DNA of 64,000 nucleotides from an uncultured Gemmatimonadales bacterium (lineage in GTDB: Bacteria; Gemmatimonadota; Gemmatimonadetes; Gemmatimonadales; Gemmatimonadaceae). Shown here in pieces: positions 20,290 through 28,850 of this stretch (positions within the stretch are counted from its first letter, which is position 1; each line of letters begins with the position of its first letter). The notes under the pieces were generated by a model. It did no database searches and was not told the origin of the DNA. It was given only the letters and a program-made list of their open reading frames with translations. The stretch is taken from positions 256,001-320,000 of the forward strand of contig CAWKNZ010000002.1 in assembly GCA_963851265.1 (NCBI GenBank), given 5' to 3'. A program made the translations under genes and the position numbers.

Positions 20290-21297
20290 TCATACACCCG
20301 CACGCGGCTCGAGGGCGACCACCCCGACGAGCGGCGCGGCGCGGGCGCGCTCGTAGGCGACGCTCACGAGCACCGCGTACGCGGCCGCGGCGACCGCGAT
20401 GCCCGCGTTGAGGTAGGGCGGCGCGGTGAGCGCGAGGCGGATCATGACCGTGGCCGCCGCGTAGCCCGAGTTGCGGAACACCACGCGGTAGTCGGCGCTC
20501 GCCGCGAGCGAGAGGAGCACGAGCAGCACGTCGCTGAAAATCAGCACCGTGAAGCACACCTCGAAGAACGTCGGCTGCTCGGCGCCGGGGAGCATCGCGG
20601 CGGCGTCGACCGCGCCGACGCAGAGCGCGGCCAGCAGGCCGAGTGCGACGAACTTCTTGGCCGCGATGAACGCGTCCTGGTCGTTGCCGTTGGCGATGGC
20701 GCGGTGGCGCTGCGCGTGCGCGTGCAGCTCCGCGAGTACGAACACGGCGAGCGCGCCGGCCATGTCGGCGAGGGCGACCGGCACGTGCGCCGCGGCGCCG
20801 CGCCATGCGATCGGCTCGCCCACGTGCGCGAACTCCAGGATCGCCTTGCGAAGCAGGATGAGTGCGAGGAGTTCGAACTGTTTGCCGACGGATTCCGCCA
20901 CCGACCGCGCGAGGGCGATGACGAGCGCGACGAGTTCGAGCACGAGCAGCAGGGTGAACGCGACGTCGACCGCCCAGAAGTGCGAGTGCGGCAGGCGCGC
21001 GGCCACGTCGCCCGGCAGCCACCCGCGGCGTGCGAGCTCGACGACGACGAGCGCGACGAGGAACGCGAACACGAGGCAGAGCCCCATCGCGTGTTGCGTG
21101 CGGGGCCGCTCCCACGCGCGTTCGATGAGGTCGAACAGCCGCGCCGGAGGGCCGAGGGCGCGCCAGAGCAGGCGGCGCGTGCGCGCGTGCGACACGTCCT
21201 CGGGCGCGCCGAGTCCGCCGACGAGACCGGGGGGGTGAGGCGCGGCGGCGGTGGGCGGTGCGGCCGACGGCGGGGCGGCGCGGGCGGGCTCGGGCAT
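20290..21297 (-). CDS. conserved hypothetical multi-pass membrane protein
   Basis: About 8 hydrophobic helices; SVGKQFELLALILLR and VFRNSGY motifs. Confidence 0.75.
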   Translation of the reverse strand: MPEPARAAPPSAAPPTAAAPHPPGLVGGLGAPEDVSHARTRRLLWRALGPPARLFDLIERAWERPRTQHAMGLCLVFAFLVALVVVELARRGWLPGDVAARLPHSHFWAVDVAFTLLLVLELVALVIALARSVAESVGKQFELLALILLRKAILEFAHVGEPIAWRGAAAHVPVALADMAGALAVFVLAELHAHAQRHRAIANGNDQDAFIAAKKFVALGLLAALCVGAVDAAAMLPGAEQPTFFEVCFTVLIFSDVLLVLLSLAASADYRVVFRNSGYAAATVMIRLALTAPPYLNAGIAVAAAAYAVLVSVAYERARAAPLVGVVALEPRAGV

Positions 21298-21427
21298 GGC
21301 ACACACCCTCCGGCGCTATCAGGGCGCCCGTGCGGGAACACGGGCTCTGCGGCGCGGCCCGGATGCTGCCCTAATGTGCGGGCCGAGTTCGCTTTGCGCA
21401 TCACCTCGACCCCAGCCGGCACACGCC

Positions 21428-21766
21428 GTGACCCCCATCTCCGCCCTCACCCGACTCACTTCGCTCGCGCCGACGCCGCGCCCGGCGGGCCGCGGCGCAC
21501 CGGAACGGGTCGTGGCCGACCGGAGCCGGTTCGATGCGCGAGCAGCCGGTCGGTCGGCCGACCGGCTGCTCGCGGACGGCCGCCCCGGGGTGCCGCTCTA
21601 CGGGGCGGCCGCCTACCTCGGCGTGGCGCGCGCCCTCGCCGACCGCCCCGCGCCCGACGCGCGCTTGGAGCTGTCGGCTCGCGTGCTGGCCGACGGCGAG
21701 CGGGTGAGCGTGGCGCGCCGACTCGAAGGCGCGCGCACGGTCGGGATCGAGGCAGTCGTCGGCTGA
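21428..21766 (+). CDS. hypothetical protein
   Basis: Plausible codon bias in the C-terminal part; overlaps the tail of the opposite M61 ORF. Confidence 0.45.
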   Translation: MTPISALTRLTSLAPTPRPAGRGAPERVVADRSRFDARAAGRSADRLLADGRPGVPLYGAAAYLGVARALADRPAPDARLELSARVLADGERVSVARRLEGARTVGIEAVVG

Positions 21767-23799
21767 TCGGGGCCGGCCGGCGTCTCGGCCAGCGTGGCGA
21801 GCGCCTCGGCGCCCGCGCCCTCCGGGCCGCGGAGCCACACGCGCCGGAGCGCCTGCTGCCGTTCGGTGGGCGCGTCGACGTCGGTGAGGCGCACGCGCAA
21901 CACTTCGTAGCCCGTGATCGGCACCACGACGTGCACCGGCGTGGGGTCGGCGGCGCCGGGCGCGGGGCGCAGCACGTCGACCGCGACCGAGTCATCGATC
22001 TTGGCACCCGCGATGGCGCGCGTGAACGCGGCCGCGTCGTTGACCGGCGCGTCGTTCACCGAGACGACGAGGTCGCCGCCGCGGAGCCCGGCCTGGTACC
22101 AGGCGCCCGTGAGCAGCGGCGCGGCCAGCCGCGGGCGCGTGCCCGCCGCGCCCCCCGCGCTGCCGATGCCGCCGAAGGGCAGCACGCTCACGCGCAGGTC
22201 CGGCCGCGGGCGGCCGAGCGAGTCGGCGGCCGCCTCGCGCACGGTGTCGAGTTGCCACCCGGCCGTCGCGAGCCGCGGCGCCCAGTTGATCGGCTGCGCG
22301 GCGTGCACGTACGCGGCGAAGAAGGGCGTCATGTTGCAGCCGCAGACGGCGCTCGCGGTCGCCTCGAGGTCGGCGGGGACGAAGCCGGCGGGGCCGGAGA
22401 AGCGGTCGTAGAGCGAACGCATCATGTCGTCGACGCCGCGCCGCCCCGCGCTCGCCGAGCGCAGGCGCAGCTCGAGCAGCTCGCCTAACAGCCTGCCCTG
22501 CAGGTAGTACGTGATGCTGTAGCCGCCGTTGACCGACGCCTGGTCCCAGGCCGTGAGGCTGGACCGCTCCGGGCTGACGCGCGCGCCCGCCGGGTTGTTG
22601 AGGTAGTCGCCGACCGCACTCTCGAAGTCGCGCACGGCGGCGGCGGAGTCGCGCAGGCCCGAGCGGCGCAGGAGTTCGGCGGCCATGTAATCGGTCACGC
22701 CCTCGCTCCACCAGAGGGAGGGCGTGCGCGTGGTGCGCACGTAGTCGAACGGTCCGAGCTCGCGGGGGCGCAGGCGCTTGACGTTCCAGAGGTGGAAGTA
22801 CTCGTGCGCGGTCACCGCCGCGGCCGCGGCCGGGTCGCGGGCGAGGCGCGCCGCGGGGATGCCGATGGTGGTCGAGTTGAGGTGTTCGAGCCCGCCGCCC
22901 GCGCCGTCGACGTAGAGGAACGCGTACTCGCGGTAGGGCAGCTCGCCCATCACGCGGCGCGCGGCGCGGACGGCCACGGCGGTCGTGTGGGTGAAGCGGC
23001 TCGTGTCGAACGACGGCGCGGCGGACGAGCGCCAGTAGGCGACGCGGTGGGGGGCGCCGTCGACGTCGAAGCGCGCGACGCGGAGCGACGACGGGGGCCC
23101 GGCGAGGATCGGGCTGTCGAGCAGCACGTCGAGGCTCGGCGCGAAGAAGTTGCGCGGCTCGGACGTGGGGACGAGCCCGGTGACCACCTGCCAGCCCGCG
23201 GGCGCGTCGACGTGGACGCGCGCGGGGAGGCGCTCGGAGCCGGTGATGAAGGCCCAGGTGAGCGGCCCGTCGACGAGCGCGCCGTCGCGGCGGAGAAAGC
23301 TGCGGTCGTTAGGCGTGGCCGCCGCGGCGGCGGACGGGAACGTGACGTGGTACGAGATGCGGAGCGCGCTCGTGTCCTCGGGGAGGCGCCGGGCCGAGTC
23401 GGGGGTGACGTCGTCGGGCAGCGGCGGGGCGGTGACGATGCGCCACGTGCTGTCCGGCTGCTTGGACGGCCCGATGGTGCGGCCGCCGCGCGAGGCGGTG
23501 ACGTTCTCGGCGTACTGGCCGAACTCGGCGATGCGGTAGGCGCCGGGCGCCCACCGCGCGAAGCCGAGGCGCACGGCGGGGAGGGGCGGGCGGCGGATGA
23601 CGAGCGTGACGTCCCACCCCGTGAGGTCGGTGGTGTCGAGGCGGACGGTGTAGTCGAGCTGCGGGTCGGTGCGCGCGCGGCGGACCTCGAACGCGTCGGA
23701 GTAGGCGCGGGGGGCGACCTGGGCGCGGGCGGCCGGGGCGACGACGGCCGCGCAGACGGCGAGCGCGGCCCGAGCGAAGCGGCGGGAGCGGTTCGGCAT
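21613..23799 (-). CDS. M61 glycyl aminopeptidase family with PDZ domain
   Basis: WAPGAY, LLDSPI, GGGLEHLNST, AHEYFHLWNVKR, WWSEGVTDY, YYLQG, AGLRGGDLVVSVN. Confidence 0.92.
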   Translation of the reverse strand: MPNRSRRFARAALAVCAAVVAPAARAQVAPRAYSDAFEVRRARTDPQLDYTVRLDTTDLTGWDVTLVIRRPPLPAVRLGFARWAPGAYRIAEFGQYAENVTASRGGRTIGPSKQPDSTWRIVTAPPLPDDVTPDSARRLPEDTSALRISYHVTFPSAAAAATPNDRSFLRRDGALVDGPLTWAFITGSERLPARVHVDAPAGWQVVTGLVPTSEPRNFFAPSLDVLLDSPILAGPPSSLRVARFDVDGAPHRVAYWRSSAAPSFDTSRFTHTTAVAVRAARRVMGELPYREYAFLYVDGAGGGLEHLNSTTIGIPAARLARDPAAAAAVTAHEYFHLWNVKRLRPRELGPFDYVRTTRTPSLWWSEGVTDYMAAELLRRSGLRDSAAAVRDFESAVGDYLNNPAGARVSPERSSLTAWDQASVNGGYSITYYLQGRLLGELLELRLRSASAGRRGVDDMMRSLYDRFSGPAGFVPADLEATASAVCGCNMTPFFAAYVHAAQPINWAPRLATAGWQLDTVREAAADSLGRPRPDLRVSVLPFGGIGSAGGAAGTRPRLAAPLLTGAWYQAGLRGGDLVVSVNDAPVNDAAAFTRAIAGAKIDDSVAVDVLRPAPGAADPTPVHVVVPITGYEVLRVRLTDVDAPTERQQALRRVWLRGPEGAGAEALATLAETPAGPDQPTTASIPTVRAPSSRRATLTRSPSASTRADSSKRASGAGRSARARATPR

Positions 23800-23868
23800 C
23801 CGGGCCAATCTACGGACGCGACGTCCCGACCGCCCGCCGCGTCCGCGGCGTGGCCGTACGTTAGGCGC

Positions 23869-24060
23869 TCAGAACTCGCGCCGCTTCATCTCCTTGAACA
23901 TCTGCTCGCGCTCGACGCCGGCGTCGTCGGTGTGCGGGTCGCCGGCCGAGCGCGTGGCGTCGAGCGTCGGATCGAAGCCCTTGGGCCTGCGCGCCTTGGC
24001 CGCCTGTTCCGCCTTCTGCTGCGTCTGCTTCATCAGCTTCGCGAACTGCTTGTCGTTCAT
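23869..24060 (-). CDS. small hypothetical protein (63 aa)
   Basis: ATG with GGAG upstream; strong codon bias; ends in FKEMKRREF. Confidence 0.7.
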   Translation of the reverse strand: MNDKQFAKLMKQTQQKAEQAAKARRPKGFDPTLDATRSAGDPHTDDAGVEREQMFKEMKRREF

Positions 24061-24090
24061 CGCGGTCTCCGGGGAGGGGTTACGGGCTCG

Positions 24091-25122
24091 TCACGACCAC
24101 TCGTGCGGGCGCTTCCACAGCTGGCGGCCGAGCTGCCAGGAGCGCTTCGACACCTCGCCCCCTTCGGCCCAGAGGTCGGCGTCGTCGAGCGCGTCGAGGA
24201 AGTCGGTGGCCTTGGCGCTCGCGTCGTCGGCGTGGTGGACGATCTGGGCCTCGACGGTCATGGGCACGACGGGCGAGCCGTACTCCAGCTTGCCGTGGTG
24301 CGAGAGGATCATGTGCCGCAGCTCGAGCAGCTGGCCCTCGCTGCACGGCATCTCGCCTAACGCCTGGAGGCAGCGCTCGAGGTGGAGGACGCCGAGCACG
24401 ACGTGGCCGACGAGCAGGCCGCACGGCGTCGCGGAGAAGCCGGCCGGCGACACCTCGTACGCCTCGACCTTGCCGATGTCGTGCAGCAGCGCGCCGGCGA
24501 CGACGAGGTCCTCGTTCACCCGGCGCACGGCCTTGGCCGACATCTTCGCGATGTTCGCCACCTCGACCGTGTGCTGCAGCAGGCCACCGATCTTCGCGTG
24601 GTGCCCCTTGGTCGACCCCGGCGCGCGCTCGAACTGGACGCGGAAGGCGTCGTCGCCGAACACGGCGTGCAGCACGGCGCCGAGCGCCTCGGACTGCACC
24701 GCGCCGCGCGCCCGGTCGAGGCGGTCCCAGAGCTTCTCGACGTCCTCGTCGACGTGCGGAAGGAAGTCGGCGGGGGAGAACTGCGAGTCGGGGAGCACGC
24801 GCAGCGGCGCGGTCACGGTCAGCTGCCGCTTGGCCGCGCCGTTGAAGGCGGCGAGCTTCACGTCCCCGATCACCTGCACCACGCGCCCCTGGTCGGCGCC
24901 GTCCACCCAGTCGAGGCGCTCGAACCAGAACGGCGCGCACTCGATCACGCCCGAGCGGTTGCCGAGGACGAGCACGACGTACGGTTTGCCGTCTTTCGTG
25001 ACTTTTTCGGCGCGCTCGCGCACGAGCAGCTCGTGCTGCACGCGGGCCCCCGGCGCGAGCCCGGGCAGGTGGAGCGGCGCGGGGCCGCCGGACGAGGGAC
25101 CGCCGGTCGCGGTGGCGCTCAT
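24091..25122 (-). CDS. YhaM-like 3'-5' exoribonuclease (OB-fold + HD domain)
   Basis: TKDGKPY OB-fold; HHAKIGGLLQHT, LLHDIGK, SHHGKLEYGSP, HHADD. Confidence 0.9.
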   Translation of the reverse strand: MSATATGGPSSGGPAPLHLPGLAPGARVQHELLVRERAEKVTKDGKPYVVLVLGNRSGVIECAPFWFERLDWVDGADQGRVVQVIGDVKLAAFNGAAKRQLTVTAPLRVLPDSQFSPADFLPHVDEDVEKLWDRLDRARGAVQSEALGAVLHAVFGDDAFRVQFERAPGSTKGHHAKIGGLLQHTVEVANIAKMSAKAVRRVNEDLVVAGALLHDIGKVEAYEVSPAGFSATPCGLLVGHVVLGVLHLERCLQALGEMPCSEGQLLELRHMILSHHGKLEYGSPVVPMTVEAQIVHHADDASAKATDFLDALDDADLWAEGGEVSKRSWQLGRQLWKRPHEWS

Positions 25123-25132
25123 GCCGGGAAGC

Positions 25133-25759
25133 TCATGCCGGGAAACTCGGGCCGCGTGCCGCGTTGGGCAAGCCCCGCCGGGCTTCCGGTACCGTCCCGC
25201 CGGCCGCCGCGCCGTCCGCGGCCGCGCCTTCGGCCGCCGTCCCGTCGGCCGCCGTCCCGTCGAGCGGCGTCCCGTCGGCCGCCGAGCGGGCGAGGCCGAG
25301 CGCGAACTCGAGGCGCCCAACGAACGCGGCCTGCGCGGGATTCAGCTTCTCGCGCGCCGCGATCGGGGCGAACCACCCGTAGCGATCGATCTCGGGGTAG
25401 GTGAGCCATCGCCCCGACCCGCGCGGCCACTCGGCCCGCGTGGTGTTGCTCGTCGCGGTGTCGGGGTCGGCGTCGCCCTCCCACGCCCACGCGTGGACGC
25501 GCTTGCCCGCGCGCTGGCGCACGTGGCCGAGTGGGAGGTAGGGCGGGTGCGCCTCGACGCCGGTCTCCTCGCGGAACTCGCGGCACGCGGCCTCGAGCAG
25601 CTCCTCGCCGGGCTGGACGACGCCCTTGGGGATGGTCCACGCACCCGCGTCGCGCCCGCGCCAGAACGGGCCGCCGGGGTGGGCGAGGAAGAGGAACAGT
25701 CGCCCCGCGTCGCGCCGGAAGAGGACGAGCCCCGCACTCACCTGCGCCCGTCCGGTCAC
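25133..25759 (-). CDS. NUDIX hydrolase
   Basis: SAG, HPGGPFW, WTIPKG.....E...AACREFREETG Nudix box, PEIDR. Confidence 0.92.
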   Translation of the reverse strand: MTGRAQVSAGLVLFRRDAGRLFLFLAHPGGPFWRGRDAGAWTIPKGVVQPGEELLEAACREFREETGVEAHPPYLPLGHVRQRAGKRVHAWAWEGDADPDTATSNTTRAEWPRGSGRWLTYPEIDRYGWFAPIAAREKLNPAQAAFVGRLEFALGLARSAADGTPLDGTAADGTAAEGAAADGAAAGGTVPEARRGLPNAARGPSFPA

Positions 25760-26078
25760 GGCGTCGCGGGCGCTGGGTGCGCGGGGGCGCAGCGCTGGCG
25801 GCGGGCGGCGCCGAAGGCGGCGAGGAGTCGCATGACGGTCCGGAAGGAAGCGCGGCGCGGGAAGGCGCAGTGTATGAGGGCTCTGCCGGGAAGGCGACGG
25901 CCGGCGTCCGCAGGCGCGCGGCCGCGCGTGCGCCCGTGCACACGCGCAAGACGCGGGCGCGGCCGGTGGCGCGCGTCGGAAACCGCTCAGTTTGGTCCAT
26001 TGTAGGTCGGCCCGGACATTGCGCTACCGCGCGCCGTCTGTCTCTCTCGCCGTTTCGCAGCCCTTAGGAGCTGTTGTC

Positions 26079-26816
26079 GTGGAGTCCATCCGTCCTCTCG
26101 CGCGCCTGTCGGCCGACGTGCGCGCCATGATTGCCCCGTACGGCGCCAAGGCCACCTGGCCCGCCGGCTTCACCATCTACCAGCGCGGCGCCGCCGCCGA
26201 CGGGCTGTTCGTCGTGCTCACCGGGCGCGTCGTGCTGCGCAGCCGGGTCAAGGCGGGCCGGGGCTTCGTGCCCGCGGTCGCCGTGGCCGGCGAGACGTTC
26301 GGCGCGGAGGGGCTCGTGCCGCGCGGCGCCTACGCGACCGACGCCCGCGCCGAGGAGCCGAGCGAGACGCTGCACGTGCGCGGCCCGCAGTTGCGCACGT
26401 TCCTGCGCGAGCAGCCGCTCTACGGCCAGGCGTTGCTCGGCCAGGTGATGGCGGAGCGCACCGAGCTGCTCGACAAGTTGCGCGAGGTCGCGACGCTGTC
26501 GGTCGAGGACCGGCTGATCGCGGCGATGCTGCGCCTCGCGGCGCAGCGCCCGCGCGGGACGCCGGCGGGCGAGGCGCTCGTCCTCGGTCCCAACGAGTAC
26601 CGCCTGCTGTGCGAGCTGGTCGGGGCGACGCGCGAGAGCGTGTCGCTCGTCTTCAACCGGTTCGCGGCGAGCGGCCTCGTCGACCGCGACGGCGCGACCT
26701 ACACCGTCGCCGACGTCGGCGCCCTGGCCGAGCGGCTGGGGTCGACGTGGGCGGAGAACGACGCCCCGCTGGTCGTCGAGCGCGAGCCGGGCGTCGGGCG
26801 GGCGGTACGCGCCTAA
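26079..26816 (+). CDS. Crp/Fnr family transcriptional regulator
   Basis: cNMP-binding fold (IYQRG, GETFG), VEDRL, HTH LVGATRESVS; AGGAG RBS upstream. Confidence 0.85.
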   Translation: MESIRPLARLSADVRAMIAPYGAKATWPAGFTIYQRGAAADGLFVVLTGRVVLRSRVKAGRGFVPAVAVAGETFGAEGLVPRGAYATDARAEEPSETLHVRGPQLRTFLREQPLYGQALLGQVMAERTELLDKLREVATLSVEDRLIAAMLRLAAQRPRGTPAGEALVLGPNEYRLLCELVGATRESVSLVFNRFAASGLVDRDGATYTVADVGALAERLGSTWAENDAPLVVEREPGVGRAVRA

Positions 26817-26833
26817 CCGCGGCGCCCGCCCGC

Positions 26834-27733
26834 TCAGCCTAACGAATCGCCGGTGGGGCGGCACGCGAGGGTCTGCGTGCCGCCCCACCGCGCGCCCGGG
26901 GCCACCGCGACCGGCTCGGCCGCCGCGGCCTCGACGCACACGTAGCGCTGCCAGCCCCCGGGCTCGAGGTCGGCGAGGGCCGCCGCGCGCGCGGCACCCG
27001 GGTTCCACACGACGACGTCGCGGAACCCCGTCTGCGCGACGCGGGTCGCGCGGCGGAGGGCCGCGTCGTCGAGCGTGACCGGGCCGGGGACGTGGAAGTA
27101 GAGGTGGTCCACCTCGCCCGCGAGCCCGAGCGGCGCGCCCCGCGGCGCGAGCGGCGCCCCGCCCGCGGCCGTGTCGCGCCCGCCGACCGCCTCGAGCCCG
27201 CGGACCCGCGCCGCGCCGGCGTCTCCCACGCGCAGGTACGTGTGCAGCGCGCCGGTGAACGCGAACGGCGCGTCGCCCGGGTTCTCGACGGCGAGCGTGA
27301 GGGCGAGCGCGTCGCCGGCCACGCGAACGGTCAGCTCCAGACGGAACGCGTGCGGCCAGCGCGCCCGCGTCTCGGCGTCGAGGTCCGCGTCGGTGAGGGC
27401 GAGCACGGCTTCGGCCGCGCCGTCCGCGGTGCCGCCGACCATGCCGCTGCGGACCACGCGCCAGGGGCGGGTGCGCGCGAAGCCGTGGCGGATGGACGGG
27501 CCCGGGCCGGCGACGATGTCGCTGAACTGCGGAAAGATCACCGGCACCCCGCCGCGCACCGCGGCGCCCGCGCGGTACTCGGAGCGCTCGCTCACGAACA
27601 GGCGTTCGGCGGCGCCGCCCGGCGCGTCGGGCGCGGGCGTCCACGACACGACGTGGGCGCCGTAGGGCAGCACGGCGGCGCGTGCGCCGTCGGCGGCGGC
27701 GAGGACGAGGGGTGTGAACGGCGTGTCGGACAT
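26834..27733 (-). CDS. D-hexose-6-phosphate mutarotase (aldose 1-epimerase family)
   Basis: GAHVVSW, RGGVPVIFPQF, HGFAR, ALHTY, VVWNPG, YVCVE. Confidence 0.93.
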   Translation of the reverse strand: MSDTPFTPLVLAAADGARAAVLPYGAHVVSWTPAPDAPGGAAERLFVSERSEYRAGAAVRGGVPVIFPQFSDIVAGPGPSIRHGFARTRPWRVVRSGMVGGTADGAAEAVLALTDADLDAETRARWPHAFRLELTVRVAGDALALTLAVENPGDAPFAFTGALHTYLRVGDAGAARVRGLEAVGGRDTAAGGAPLAPRGAPLGLAGEVDHLYFHVPGPVTLDDAALRRATRVAQTGFRDVVVWNPGAARAAALADLEPGGWQRYVCVEAAAAEPVAVAPGARWGGTQTLACRPTGDSLG

Positions 27734-27804
27734 GGGCAGTGGGGCGCGTCGGGGGCGTGTGCGTGCGGCCGGCCGCCAGCCCTTGCGAGAGGCGTGCGCG
27801 CGAC

Positions 27805-27975
27805 TAGCTTTCGGACTGCGACACATGCGCACCGCGCATCCACCGCCGACGGACAGGGGCCCTCGCTCTCGCGAGGGCCCTTCGTGTTTCGGAGGATCCG
27901 GACCGGTCTGCACGGCGCTCGCGTTGCGGCGCCCCGCGTTGGGGCGACGCGTTCATAACAGTACAGGATCAGCAC
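27805..27975 (+). promoter_or_regulatory. putative promoter and long structured 5' UTR of the cold-shock gene
   Basis: TAGCTT at about 27805; 10-bp stem gggccctcgc/gcgagggccc at 27857-27880; AGGA RBS. Confidence 0.45.
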
Positions 27976-28182
27976 ATGCGTACGACCGGCACCGTCAAGT
28001 GGTTCAACGACACCAAGGGCTTCGGCTTCATCACGCCCGAGAACGGCACGAAGGATTGCTTCGTCCATCACTCGGCCATCCAGAAGCAGGGCTACAAGAG
28101 CCTCGCCGAGGGTGAGCGTGTGGAGTTCGACATCGTGCAGGGCCAGAAGGGCCCCGCCGCCGAGAACGTGGTCACGATCTGA
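27976..28182 (+). CDS. cspA: cold-shock protein
   Basis: [32 protein letters not shown]. Confidence 0.97.
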   Translation: MRTTGTVKWFNDTKGFGFITPENGTKDCFVHHSAIQKQGYKSLAEGERVEFDIVQGQKGPAAENVVTI

Positions 28183-28220
28183 CCACGCCGCTCGGCTACC
28201 CCTTGGGGTAGTGGCCGTCA

Positions 28221-28258
28221 CGACGGGCCGGGTCGACGTACGTCGACCCGGCCCGTCG
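28221..28258. repeat. perfect 38-bp palindrome downstream of csp (terminator or RNA-stability hairpin)
   Basis: cgacgggccgggtcgacgt|acgtcgacccggcccgtcg. Confidence 0.85.
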
Positions 28259-28309
28259 CGTCTCCGCCCCGCCCGTCCGCACGCCGCCCCTCACTCTTCC
28301 CACCCGCCC

Positions 28310-28690
28310 ATGTCCGACATGCTGCAGGAGTTCGCGTTCACCGACGGCGACCGCACGTTCACGTGCCGCGTCGAGGCCTCTCGCACGGTGCGCGCGGACG
28401 CGTGGTGGTGGTTCCACGTGTCGACCGAGCGGCACCAGCGCCACGCCCCCTTCCGCGCTGCCGCGACCGACACGTTCGACGACGTCGCGACGCGGATGGT
28501 CGCCTACTACGACGACCTGCTCGCGCGCCGCGCCGCGCCGCCGGCCACCCGCTGGCAGCGCCGGCCCGTGACGCCCGCCCCGGCTGCCGAACCCGACGCT
28601 GCCGGCCTCGCAGAGGCGGGCGTCGAGGCCGACGCGATCGCGGCCGACGCGGCCGCGTCGCTCGCGGCGGCGCACCACGACGCGGCGTAG
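28310..28690 (+). CDS. hypothetical protein
   Basis: FTDGDRTFTCRVE...WWWF...APFRA...AYY; good codon bias. Confidence 0.75.
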   Translation: MSDMLQEFAFTDGDRTFTCRVEASRTVRADAWWWFHVSTERHQRHAPFRAAATDTFDDVATRMVAYYDDLLARRAAPPATRWQRRPVTPAPAAEPDAAGLAEAGVEADAIAADAAASLAAAHHDAA

Positions 28691-28850
28691 CACGGCCGCT
28701 CCCGCGGGCCCGCGCACGCGGGCCCGCGCGCACAAAGACGACGGGACTTTCGTCCCGGATTGGTTGATTACCTCCGGGGCGCCTTCTACCGTACGGCACC
28801 GCCCGCCCCGCGGGCGGAGCGAACCCCGCCTCACCCGCACCTGAGTCGTA

